DNA of 64,000 nt from an uncultured Candidatus Saccharibacteria bacterium (GTDB taxonomy: Bacteria; Patescibacteriota; Minisyncoccia; Phycocordibacterales; UBA6899): assembly GCA_964469335.1 (NCBI GenBank), contig CAYXYK010000002.1, forward strand, positions 189,549 through 253,548, given 5' to 3'. Below the pieces are notes generated by a model that was not told where the DNA came from, ran no database searches, and saw only the letters and a list, made by a program, of their open reading frames with translations. Position numbers and translations under genes: made by a program. Positions 56,094 to 64,000 of the stretch are shown here, piece after piece (the first letter of the stretch is position 1; each line of letters starts with the position of its first letter).

Positions 56094-56423
56094 TTACTTG
56101 CGTAGCTTGCGCTGCCGCATCATGGGCGAGCGTGTGTCACCTTTCCAGTACAGCCGCAGTCGTAGCGGACAACGCCCACCGGTGATGATCCACAAGTAGA
56201 GCATCCGATAGATGCGCCGATCGAACTTCTCGATCACAAGACTGAGCCCGATCAGTACGAAGAACAGCACGATGCCGTAGAACGGGTTCGGAAACAGCCA
56301 GCCGAGAAAACCGAGCGTCAGTGCCGCGATGATCATCGACGAGATGAACGCTCCATACGAAACGCCCATCATTGTTGCCGATCTGGTGAAGCCGACGTAG
56401 AGGGTGTCTTCTTGGAGCGCCAT
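56094..56423 (-). CDS. virB3: VirB3/TrbD-family T4SS protein
   Basis: ~109 aa after the start-site correction (MALQEDTLYVGFTRSATMMGVSYGAFISSM...), with two TM helices. Confidence 0.7.
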   Translation of the reverse strand: MALQEDTLYVGFTRSATMMGVSYGAFISSMIIAALTLGFLGWLFPNPFYGIVLFFVLIGLSLVIEKFDRRIYRMLYLWIITGGRCPLRLRLYWKGDTRSPMMRQRKLRK

Positions 56424-56424
56424 T

Positions 56425-56745
56425 TCAGCCCGCTCCGAGCGAGACCGCTTGGTTCGCAAGCCAGGTTGCGGCGCCGACGATGACACCGCCGCCGAGGATC
56501 AGGAAGAAGAAGCCCTTCGACATGTGGCCGGTCCAGAGGAGGAGACCACCGAGTGCGAGGCCGAACGCCAGGATCGGGATGATCACCTCGGGAGGCAGCA
56601 TGTTCGCGAAGAACTTCGAGAGTCGGTTGATGAACGGCGTGTTGCTCTGGGCAGCGGCACTCTCGCTCACGAAGATGAGCGCAGCACAGACGAGGCTGGC
56701 GTAGAACTGCGAGGATCGTTGCTTGAGTTGGGCAGTTGTGGTCAT
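56425..56745 (-). CDS. virB2: VirB2/TrbC-family pilin-like protein
   Basis: Long signal/leader followed by two hydrophobic helices (IIPILAFGLALGGLLLW...FFFLILGGGVIVGAATWL). GGAG RBS. The start was corrected from the track ORF. Confidence 0.65.
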   Translation of the reverse strand: MTTTAQLKQRSSQFYASLVCAALIFVSESAAAQSNTPFINRLSKFFANMLPPEVIIPILAFGLALGGLLLWTGHMSKGFFFLILGGGVIVGAATWLANQAVSLGAG

Positions 56746-56891
56746 GAGATTTGCTCCGTTGGTTGAGTGAAGAGAAAAGACGGACCAGAAGGAAGGTTGT
56801 TTCATGTCAGCACCTCATAAGGTTGAACGTTGCAGAAAATTACATGCTCATGCGTTTGCCCTTTCTGAGGCACGTGAACAGACTGATTCGA

Positions 56892-57572
56892 TCATCCGCT
56901 ATAGCGTTTGGGGACAGCGATGTACACTTTCCCCGCATAACCATTCGCGATTCCTCTCGAGAAGTTGCCTGCGTTGTAGCACGACAGTGCGGCTGCGAGC
57001 ACTCGCTGTTTCTCGTCATAGCTGAGCATGTGCTCACTCCGACGATACAGTTTCTGTGCTGCAGGTTTGTAGCACCAATCGACCAATACGATCTCGGCAA
57101 CGCGCAAGTTACTGCACGTGTCGAACAGGTCTTCGAGCGTGACGCCTAGCTTGGCGAGATTATTCGAATTGACTTGCGCCGCTCCGACATCGATGGAGAA
57201 GCCCTTGAGCTTCCCGTAGGTGTCGAGCAGATACTTCGCAGTCACGACCGCTTCCGCTTTCGTGCGCGGTGGATGCTTGAGACGCCACTTGCCGTAGTTG
57301 ATGCCTATCGCATAGGCATTCCATCTCGACTCAGTGTAGGTCAATTGATCCATCGTCTTCATTCCGATGCGTGGTGCGCAGGTACTCATCAGCTCTGATG
57401 TATTCTGCACAACTCCACCAGGGAGTATGCGAGCAGACACATAAGCACGCGGAGGAGAACCCTCACTTCCATTTGCTGGTTTCGTGAACGACAGAGAGAC
57501 GGCGAGAGCCAACATGACGAACCGCGCGTTCGCATGCATACTCTTTTGGAGTGCAGAGAACACAGCGGCCAT
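56892..57572 (-). CDS. virB1: VirB1/TrbN-like lytic transglycosylase
   Basis: SLT-like motifs (YTESRWNAYAIGINYG, DVGAAQVNSNN, AEIVL) and a signal peptide. Start at ATG 57572 with AAGGA upstream. Confidence 0.7.
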   Translation of the reverse strand: MAAVFSALQKSMHANARFVMLALAVSLSFTKPANGSEGSPPRAYVSARILPGGVVQNTSELMSTCAPRIGMKTMDQLTYTESRWNAYAIGINYGKWRLKHPPRTKAEAVVTAKYLLDTYGKLKGFSIDVGAAQVNSNNLAKLGVTLEDLFDTCSNLRVAEIVLVDWCYKPAAQKLYRRSEHMLSYDEKQRVLAAALSCYNAGNFSRGIANGYAGKVYIAVPKRYSG

Positions 57573-57808
57573 ATGTTTCCTTTCGACTAAATTTCCGGAA
57601 TAGTCCGTGGGCAATGCGTCGTGTGCACATTTGACAAAGAACTACAGCTAGTTTCCTATTCCCAGTCTAATCACAGGGATTCATTAGTAAAGTTGACATA
57701 TTATAAATATGTTTTATCGACTATCCACAAGCTGACTCACTCGCTCAGGAGAGCATTTCTGGATGAAAAACCCGCACCAGATGTTGGCGCGGGTGAACGA
57801 AATACATG

Positions 57809-58609
57809 TCAGGAAGCTGTAGTGGCTACCGGAGGACTCGCAGTCCCCCTGAAGGCCGCAACAACTGACGGAGAAAGGGAGTCTGCGATCGAGCTCGGGA
57901 GTATCACGGTGTTGTTGGACGCTGAGTTTGCCATCTCGCGAAGTGCTTGCAGTTGCCGGAGTTGGAGTGCTCCTGGCGTGAGCAATGCTGCTGCTCGATT
58001 GAGGGCTTCGGCCACCTTCACTTCAACCTCAGAAAGCGTGAGGGACGCGGCGGCATTTGCAGTCGCGCGTGCTTTCGCAGAGATCGAGGCGGCGATGTCA
58101 GGATCAGCGATTTTGAGGTCGTCGATCTCGAAGGCGACAATCTCAAAGCCCCATACTTTCACCTTCTCCTCAAGGGCATCGCGGATGGTCTTGGAGAACT
58201 TGGTCCGTTCCTGGACTTCCTCGAGTGAGGAGTGACCAAGAGCTTCGAGCACTGCGGTGCGAGCTCGATCCTCGAGTGCCCCTTCTGCATCGGTGACTTC
58301 TACCGAGTAGTCGCGCACATTTATCACCCTGCGTGTGAGCATCAGGTCGAGCAAAAGCCCGACTTTGTCTGAAGTCTGACCTTCTGCCTCGATGGGAACG
58401 ACGATGTCTTTGACCGAGACCCGGGGCAATTTCCTGCACAGCACCCAGTCGATGAATGTGGGGCCAGGTCCTGCGGTGTACCAATAACGTCCAAGAATGA
58501 GGATCGGAACGCGGTCCCATTCGTTGATGACCGTGAATGCGAGAGCAGCCCAAAACACGAGTGCAGCCAAGAGACCATAGAGAACGTATTCCATTTCTCT
58601 CTCCTTCAT
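57809..58609 (-). CDS. SPFH/Band-7 (stomatin/HflKC-like) membrane protein
   Basis: N-terminal TM helix plus an SPFH core (VGLLLDLMLTRRVINVRDYSVEV...LEAL...) and an Ala-rich coiled-coil tail. It is the last gene of the GC-rich island. Confidence 0.75.
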   Translation of the reverse strand: MKEREMEYVLYGLLAALVFWAALAFTVINEWDRVPILILGRYWYTAGPGPTFIDWVLCRKLPRVSVKDIVVPIEAEGQTSDKVGLLLDLMLTRRVINVRDYSVEVTDAEGALEDRARTAVLEALGHSSLEEVQERTKFSKTIRDALEEKVKVWGFEIVAFEIDDLKIADPDIAASISAKARATANAAASLTLSEVEVKVAEALNRAAALLTPGALQLRQLQALREMANSASNNTVILPSSIADSLSPSVVAAFRGTASPPVATTAS

Positions 58610-58732
58610 AAAAAGAAGTTAAAGAACCAGTGAGATGACACCAAACGTGCTGTTTGCAAGTCTAGCACTCACGAGTAAATTGCCAAGCAGTAGATTGATT
58701 TTCCACTTTTTTTTGATAGACTGCTCCTACAT

Positions 58733-58813
58733 GCCGGAGTGGCGGAATGGTAGACGCGCACGACTCAAAATCGTGTTCAGCAATGAGTGAGGGTTCAAGT
58801 CCCTCCTCCGGCA
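58733..58813 (+). tRNA. tRNA-Leu (anticodon CAA), type II with a long variable arm
   Basis: Acceptor GCCGGAG/CTCCGGC, a 3-bp D-stem with GG loop, anticodon stem CACGA/TCGTG with loop CTCAAAA, long variable arm, T-arm GAGGG/CCCTC and A73 discriminator. Confidence 0.8.
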
Positions 58814-58965
58814 CATTTGAAAAATCAGCCCGCTGGGGCGATTTTTCATATGTGACGGGAAGGACGCACCTGCGTGCTCCCGTGAGGGATTTGAAATACT
58901 TTTCGTTATCAAGTCTGCGAGATCGAATGATGAAAAAGAGCGCCACTGGCGCTCTGGTTCATTTC

Positions 58966-59592
58966 TTATATCTTTCCGACGAGATTCATTCCCGGCTTGA
59001 GCGTATCATCGCCCGGTTCCCATGCTGCTGGGCAGACCTGGATGCCTCCATTGTCGCGGACGAACTTCGCCGCTTTCAGTTTGCGGAGCGTTTCCTTCGC
59101 ACTGCGTCCGACTGAGTTATCGTGGATCTCGATCGTCTTGAGCACACCGTCCGGGTCGACGATGAACGTTCCGCGGAGTGCGAGACCAGCGTCATCACCC
59201 TCGTGGATGTACACACCAAAGAGTTTCGCGAGGATGCCAGTCGGATCAGCGACCATAGGATACTTCACTTTCTTGATCGCAGGTGAATTGTCATGCCACG
59301 CTTTGTGCACGAATGCAGTATCACATGACACCGAAAAGATCTCCGCGTCGAGTTTCTGGAACTCGGGATATAGTCCTGCCATCTCTTCGAGTTCGGTCGG
59401 GCAAATGAAGGTGAAGTCGGCGGGGTAAAACATAAATACCATCCACTTCCCCTTCTTCTTTCCCTTCTCGTGGTAGTCACCGGTCTTGATCTTTATCGTC
59501 TTATCTTTGACCGGCTCATATGCCGAAAGAGTCATTTCTGGAAGTTTGTCACCGATTCGGATGGTGTCACAGTCGTCGTGCATGTAATCCAT
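58966..59592 (-). CDS. ahpC: Peroxiredoxin (AhpC/Prx1 typical 2-Cys type)
   Basis: Peroxidatic Cys motif FTFICPTE, a resolving Cys near the C-terminus (GIQVCPAAW) and a thioredoxin fold. Confidence 0.85.
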   Translation of the reverse strand: MDYMHDDCDTIRIGDKLPEMTLSAYEPVKDKTIKIKTGDYHEKGKKKGKWMVFMFYPADFTFICPTELEEMAGLYPEFQKLDAEIFSVSCDTAFVHKAWHDNSPAIKKVKYPMVADPTGILAKLFGVYIHEGDDAGLALRGTFIVDPDGVLKTIEIHDNSVGRSAKETLRKLKAAKFVRDNGGIQVCPAAWEPGDDTLKPGMNLVGKI

Positions 59593-59640
59593 AAATTTGA
59601 TTGATTTGTATTGTTAAGAAACCTATCATAGCATAACCCC

Positions 59641-60540
59641 ATGAAGGACGAAAAACCCAGAGTAATCGCCATAGTCGGCCCTACAGCGACAGGGAAAAGT
59701 GACCTAGCGGTATTACTGGCGAAGAAATATAACGGAGAGATTGTCTCGGCAGACTCCCGCCAGGTCTACCGCGGACTCGATATCGGCTCTGGCAAGGTAA
59801 CAAAGAAAGAGATGGGAGGTATACCCCATCACCTGCTCGATGTAGCAGACCCGAAACGGACCTATTCGGTCGCACGTTTCCAGCGTGACGGACGCAGGGC
59901 GATCGCTGGGATATTGAAGCGCGGGAAGACCCCGATCGTCGTCGGTGGCACAGGATTCTATCTTGATGCGCTACTACTTGATATGCAGCTTCCCGATGTG
60001 AAGCCGGACATGTCGCTGCGAAGAAAACTCGAGAAGCTCCCCACTGAGGAGCTCAATATGAAACTCCGCGAGCTCGATCCACGCCGCGCAGACGAGATTG
60101 ATAGACACAACCGCATCCGTCTCATCCGCGCACTCGAGATTGCAACACTCTATGGCCCTGTCGCTCCAGTCACGACCACTTCCTCGTATGATATCTATTG
60201 GATCGGTATCCGTGCTGACACTGAAGTGATCAAGGCGCGCATCGCACTCCGACTCAAAAAGCGTATAAAGGCCGGAATGATTTCAGAGTGTAAACGACTA
60301 CATGAACAAGGGCTCACATTTAGACGCATGGAGACGCTCGGCCTCGAATACCGCTTTGGCGCACGACTATTACAAAGGCAGATTACACGAGATGAATTCG
60401 AGGAACAACTTATTAAGGAAATCATAAAGTATGCAAAACGCCAGATGACCTGGTTCAAGCGAAATAAAGACATCCATTGGATCGAAGCAGGTGACGCGAA
60501 CGCTGACTTCCCCGGGCTTACCAATTTTTTGCAAGAATAA
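59641..60540 (+). CDS. miaA: tRNA dimethylallyltransferase
   Basis: P-loop IVGPTATGKSDLA, IVVGGTGFY and KRQMTWFKRN motifs. Confidence 0.9.
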   Translation: MKDEKPRVIAIVGPTATGKSDLAVLLAKKYNGEIVSADSRQVYRGLDIGSGKVTKKEMGGIPHHLLDVADPKRTYSVARFQRDGRRAIAGILKRGKTPIVVGGTGFYLDALLLDMQLPDVKPDMSLRRKLEKLPTEELNMKLRELDPRRADEIDRHNRIRLIRALEIATLYGPVAPVTTTSSYDIYWIGIRADTEVIKARIALRLKKRIKAGMISECKRLHEQGLTFRRMETLGLEYRFGARLLQRQITRDEFEEQLIKEIIKYAKRQMTWFKRNKDIHWIEAGDANADFPGLTNFLQE

Positions 60541-60562
60541 GAACAAAGGCCCCAGTGGGGCC

Positions 60563-61369
60563 TTACTCCTTCTTCGAAGGAACGAATTCCGGCGGGATCA
60601 CCAGAACATGGAAATGTTGTGGGTGTTTTTCTTCGATCACCACGATCTTCCCGAGTTTTCTGTCTTCTACGAGACGCGCCCTGAGCCATTCGCGCTCTGC
60701 GTCCCCGGACCATTTCGGGACATTGGACAGATCGACCGCGCTTCCGGTCGTGTGCGATGAGCAGATTTCGGTCTTGCACGAGGCAGGCGAATTGCGCTGA
60801 CGAAGTTGGTCCTTGAATGACCGCACCAACGAACCGACGCGGAGCGGCGTGTACTCGCCGTTGAACTTCTTTTTCATTTCAGCAGCAAGGCCTTCGACAT
60901 AATGCTTCACCCACGGTGTTCCATAGCGACGCTCTGACGGTAGCGCGTCGGAGAACACCAGTCCTTCTGTTGAGAGTTCAACCAGCGAGCCGGACTGCTT
61001 CCCTTTCTCAATGCTGACTTGATCCTCGTAGCGCGGAAGCCCCATTGCGTCGGCAAGACATACTTCATATGCAAGTTGCCTCGGGTCGCTGAACAGTTCG
61101 ACGGAATCCTTCACAGCGAGGTTGAGGGTAAGTGCTCGCTCAAGCCTACCTTCATCCGGGAACATGCACTGCTTGTACGCGGCGACGCGCTCTTCGGTAC
61201 TTTTCCAGGAGAAAGGACTTGTTTTGTAGTTCTGGGTGATACGCGGATGCACTTCACCGAGCGGGACGCGTCTTGCTGTTTTTTTCCCGTCCTTTGCAAC
61301 CGAGCTATCAGGAAATACTGCAGCGAGCATGACGACGAGCGTCATGACAACGGCGAAAACTCTTTTCAT
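60563..61369 (-). CDS. Secreted protein, putative peptidase M15-family D,D-carboxypeptidase (VanY-like)
   Basis: Signal peptide; the SSHTTGSAVD and EEKHPQHFH segments resemble the SxHxxGxAxD and ExxH zinc motifs of M15B. Moderate confidence. Confidence 0.5.
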   Translation of the reverse strand: MKRVFAVVMTLVVMLAAVFPDSSVAKDGKKTARRVPLGEVHPRITQNYKTSPFSWKSTEERVAAYKQCMFPDEGRLERALTLNLAVKDSVELFSDPRQLAYEVCLADAMGLPRYEDQVSIEKGKQSGSLVELSTEGLVFSDALPSERRYGTPWVKHYVEGLAAEMKKKFNGEYTPLRVGSLVRSFKDQLRQRNSPASCKTEICSSHTTGSAVDLSNVPKWSGDAEREWLRARLVEDRKLGKIVVIEEKHPQHFHVLVIPPEFVPSKKE

Positions 61370-61501
61370 GTTCGTCTCCTTGAGATTTTTGAGCTATCTT
61401 TCTGAACACTAGCACAACACCTACTTATTACAATAGCGTCAAGTACCATTCCTTATTCGGGATTTATTTATTGAAGGAAACGTGTTATATTTTCACGCAC
61501 T

Positions 61502-61575
61502 GGGCCTATAGTTTAGTGGTAGAACAATGGTCTCCAAAACCATTAGTCGAGGTTCGATTCCTCGTGGGCCCGCCA
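61502..61575 (+). tRNA. tRNA-Trp (anticodon CCA) with encoded CCA
   Basis: Acceptor GGGCCTA/TGGGCCC, D-loop AGTGGTAG, anticodon stem ATGGT/ACCAT with loop CTCCAAA, T-arm CGAGG/CCTCG and G73-CCA. Followed by a hairpin terminator. Confidence 0.75.
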
Positions 61576-61801
61576 ACAGAAAAAGCGCTTCGACGCTTTT
61601 TCGTTAGGGCTCAAGGAAGTGCCCTGTGGCACTTCCGACGAGGAATCGAAGACCCTGCCGCTGTTTCGGCTTTGCGAAACCGTCAGGGTGTACAGCGCCT
61701 GTAAGGCGAGATTTCCGAGTGGATAATATATGAGACGGCGAGAAAGTTATCTGTGACCGCAACATAATGTTTCCGTGAGGGATGCGTGATATCATGACCC
61801 C

Positions 61802-62719
61802 ATGCTTACCATCGCAACCTACAATCTGCGGAACTTATTCGATGCAGGCGTCCGTATGGGCTACGGAAGCGACATCACCATCCCTGAAGTATTCGTCGAC
61901 GGTGTCGTCGACGAGCTTGCGAAAGTCATCACTTCTATCGATCCTGACATTCTTGTGGTACAGGAAGTTGCTTCCGAGAAAGTTCTGAAGCGGATCGCCG
62001 TGAAGTTGCCGGGAACATATGAGGTATTCGTCGCTCCTCCAGACACGCGAGGTATCGGCAACGCTGCTCTCGCACGAGTCCCTGCAAAAATGGATTCCAC
62101 GAATGATGTAAACGGCTTCCCTGTTACGGTCGTCGGAGATGAAGATGTCATCGGGAAAAGCATTGTTCCCTCTCGTGAATTCGTACACATCGAGGCGCGT
62201 TATAACGATCGACCACTTCACATCTATGGTGTCCACCTCAAGGCATCAAGCGGCTACCCGCTGCGTAAATCACCAGGTGGTGAACGTATCACCCCAAAGA
62301 ATCAGCAGGAAGAGAGTGATGCGATCATCCGTGCTTCAGTATTCCGGCTCGCTCAGGCAAAAAGACTTCGTGAGCTCGCCGATAAGCATTTCAGTGAAGA
62401 CCAGAATGCCCAGGTGGTGATCCTCGGTGATTTCAACGCACTCGAGTACTCCGATATCGTGAAGGCAATCTCCGGAACAAAGAGTTTCCCCGACTTTCAG
62501 CTTCATGACTTATGCGAGAATGTCCCCAAAGAAGATCGCTATTCGTTCATCGGAAGCGGCGGGAGAATTCTTCTCGACCACGTGGTCGTATCGAAAACCA
62601 TCAAAGATAGCACCGAGTCACTTACGATCCACAACGACGAAATCGTCGACCAAACAACGAGACCAGAAACTGACTTCTACTCAAGCGATCATGCTCCGGT
62701 CGTACTGAAGCTCAAGTAA
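61802..62719 (+). CDS. Endonuclease/exonuclease/phosphatase (EEP) family protein
   Basis: N-terminal IATYNLRN, VILGDFN and C-terminal SDHAPVVL catalytic motifs. Confidence 0.8.
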   Translation: MLTIATYNLRNLFDAGVRMGYGSDITIPEVFVDGVVDELAKVITSIDPDILVVQEVASEKVLKRIAVKLPGTYEVFVAPPDTRGIGNAALARVPAKMDSTNDVNGFPVTVVGDEDVIGKSIVPSREFVHIEARYNDRPLHIYGVHLKASSGYPLRKSPGGERITPKNQQEESDAIIRASVFRLAQAKRLRELADKHFSEDQNAQVVILGDFNALEYSDIVKAISGTKSFPDFQLHDLCENVPKEDRYSFIGSGGRILLDHVVVSKTIKDSTESLTIHNDEIVDQTTRPETDFYSSDHAPVVLKLK

Positions 62720-62726
62720 TCACATA

Positions 62727-62752
62727 CAAAAACCGCCGAGTGGCGGTTTTTT
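62727..62752. terminator. Bidirectional terminator (AAAACCGCCGAGTGGCGGTTTTTT) between the EEP gene and rpmG
   Basis: GC stem with flanking A- and T-tracts. Confidence 0.7.
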
Positions 62753-62756
62753 GTAT

Positions 62757-62912
62757 TTACTTCTTGGTCTCCTTGAATACGACGTGCTTACGAGTCTTCG
62801 GATCGTACTTCTTAAGCTCGATCTTGCGGGTCACAAGTTTCTTGTTCTTGCGAGTCCAATACACCTGTCCGGTGCCTTTGTTCTTGAGTTGTATGAGAAA
62901 ATCCTGTGACAT
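62757..62912 (-). CDS. rpmG: 50S ribosomal protein L33 (51 aa, Cys-less form)
   Basis: Reverse-strand translation [51 protein letters not shown] matches the L33 pattern (Y.T.KNK...ELKKY.P..RKH). It is not in the ORF track because it is shorter than 60 aa. Confidence 0.8.
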   Translation of the reverse strand: MSQDFLIQLKNKGTGQVYWTRKNKKLVTRKIELKKYDPKTRKHVVFKETKK

Positions 62913-62983
62913 ATCTACGTTTGTTAGTAGTAGAAGACTAACAAATTAGCCATTATTTGGCAAGTTTTGATACAAAATAACCC

Positions 62984-64000
62984 TTATTTATATACTTTCC
63001 TCATCAATGGGTTGAGTCTGGTCACTATTTCATAGTGGGTTGTTGCGGCGAATTCAGCCAATTCCCTCGCCTTTATCTCCTCCTTCCTGTCTGTGCCGAT
63101 GAGGGTTGCGATCGACCCTGCCTTCACATCAGGGATATCAGTGACATCGACTACGATCATATCCATCGACACACGGCCGATCACTCGAGCGGTCTTACCA
63201 TTGATGAGGACACGTCCGCGAGATGAGAGCATACGCGGAAAACCATGCCAGTATCCGACGGGAATGACTGCAAGTCGAGAGTTCCGAGTGAGCATCTCAG
63301 TGAAATTGTACCCAACACGTTCGCCCTGTTTCACCGTCTTCACTTCACTCACTATGGCACGCCACGAGAGGACAGGAATGAGCTTGATCTTCGTCGAAAG
63401 AAACTGTTCGCACTCCTTCGAAGGCCAAAGGCCATAGAGTCCGATTCCGATGCGTACCATATCGTAATGTGCTGAGGGATACAGCAACGCTCCGCCTGTT
63501 GCTGCCGCATGCGCAAGAAATCGATGTCCGTCATCACGAAGTTGCTTCAACACTTTCTCGAAACATGCGATCTGCTCACGGGTGCCTGCACCGGTGCGCG
63601 GGTCCTTTGCATCAGCGAAGTGCGTATAGACACCTTCTATAATTACTCGTGGCGCGGACTTCAATCCGAGCAATAGCCGCTCGATCTCATGCGACTGGAA
63701 ACCCTGACGATGCATGCCGGTATCGATCTTCAGATGCACTCGAAGCGGTTTCTTGTTCTTCCCTTTCTTGATCGCTTCTTCCAGTGACTCGAATGACGAG
63801 ATCGTGACAGCAATGTCATATTCACGAGCGGTATCGAATAGTTCAGGAAGAGTATAGCCGAGTACAAGGATCGGAATCTTCACGTTCCGTTTCCGTACAG
63901 AAATACCCTCGACAAGAGAGTCAACGCCAAGTGCATCGATCCCGAGCTTCTCAAGTTCTGCTGCATATTCCATCAGATTATGTCCATAGGCATTCGACTT
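62984..64000 (-). CDS. alr: Alanine racemase, C-terminal ~330 aa; the N-terminus lies beyond the window end
   Basis: The C-terminal beta domain and TIM-barrel residues (VSMDMIVVD, GYNFTE..., YGLWP) match Alr. The N-terminal PLP-Lys motif is not in the window. Confidence 0.8.
   Translation of the reverse strand, partial: KSNAYGHNLMEYAAELEKLGIDALGVDSLVEGISVRKRNVKIPILVLGYTLPELFDTAREYDIAVTISSFESLEEAIKKGKNKKPLRVHLKIDTGMHRQGFQSHEIERLLLGLKSAPRVIIEGVYTHFADAKDPRTGAGTREQIACFEKVLKQLRDDGHRFLAHAAATGGALLYPSAHYDMVRIGIGLYGLWPSKECEQFLSTKIKLIPVLSWRAIVSEVKTVKQGERVGYNFTEMLTRNSRLAVIPVGYWHGFPRMLSSRGRVLINGKTARVIGRVSMDMIVVDVTDIPDVKAGSIATLIGTDRKEEIKARELAEFAATTHYEIVTRLNPLMRKVYK

Larger units (their letters stand above)
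46600..58610 (-). mobile_element. GC-rich genomic island encoding a VirB/Trb-type type IV secretion (conjugation-like) apparatus; possible ICE remnant adjacent to tRNA-Leu
   Basis: Eleven T4SS homologues lie contiguously on one strand and GC is visibly elevated relative to the flanks. The island ends ~120 bp from tRNA-Leu (58733). No relaxase, coupling protein (VirD4) or integrase lies within the window. Confidence 0.5.

Noticed and set aside
57621-58235. 204-aa plus-strand ORF
   Set aside because: Antisense to the SPFH gene and intergenic DNA in the GC-rich island. Ala/Ser/Arg-rich shadow frame.
61471-61704. 77-aa plus-strand ORF
   Set aside because: It is translated across tRNA-Trp and its terminator.
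1-64000. CRISPR arrays, IS elements/transposases, integrases, toxin-antitoxin pairs, parS sites and DnaA-box clusters
   Set aside because: No regularly spaced short direct repeats, no transposase- or integrase-like ORFs, and no 16-bp parS palindrome were found by eye. Only a single near-DnaA-box (CTATCCACA at ~57727) was seen.

Overview
This 64-kb window looks like a small-genome bacterium of the CPR/Saccharibacteria (TM7) type: short intergenic regions, many Lys-rich tails, and a background GC that appears to be in the high 40s % by eye. The left ~40 kb is mostly housekeeping. It holds uvrB (partial), tgt, thyA, folA and a glucan-metabolism cluster (ROK kinase, pgi, GH15, GH57, GT4). It also holds cell-envelope genes (a large PT-linker surface protein, CcdA, lytic transglycosylase, a processive GT2 synthase, UppP), dnaX, dusB, ftsQ, serS, dprA-topA, a short Rel/SpoT and parB. 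A 530-bp gene-free stretch upstream of dnaX carries two promoter/terminator-bounded ncRNA candidates: an SRP-RNA-like ffs and a 6S-like rod RNA. From about 40.4 kb the region becomes mosaic and accessory-like. It starts with a visibly GC-rich metG. A lower-GC four-gene cassette follows (APH/ChoK-fold kinase, group-II PLP decarboxylase, Pol-beta nucleotidyltransferase, class-I/II PLP enzyme). A GC-rich island of about 12 kb then encodes a near-complete VirB/Trb type IV secretion system (VirB1, 2, 3, 4, 5, 7-like, 8, 9, 6, 10, 11). That island is punctuated by a thrice-repeated ~85-bp promoter/hairpin/RBS module and ends next to tRNA-Leu. The right end returns to core genes (ahpC-like peroxiredoxin, miaA, tRNA-Trp, rpmG, alr partial). 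The items most worth follow-up are the repeated regulatory module inside the T4SS island, the kinase/decarboxylase/NTase/aminotransferase cassette next to the apparently transferred metG, a membrane-anchored double-AAA+ Clp-like ATPase, and the ncRNA pair upstream of dnaX.
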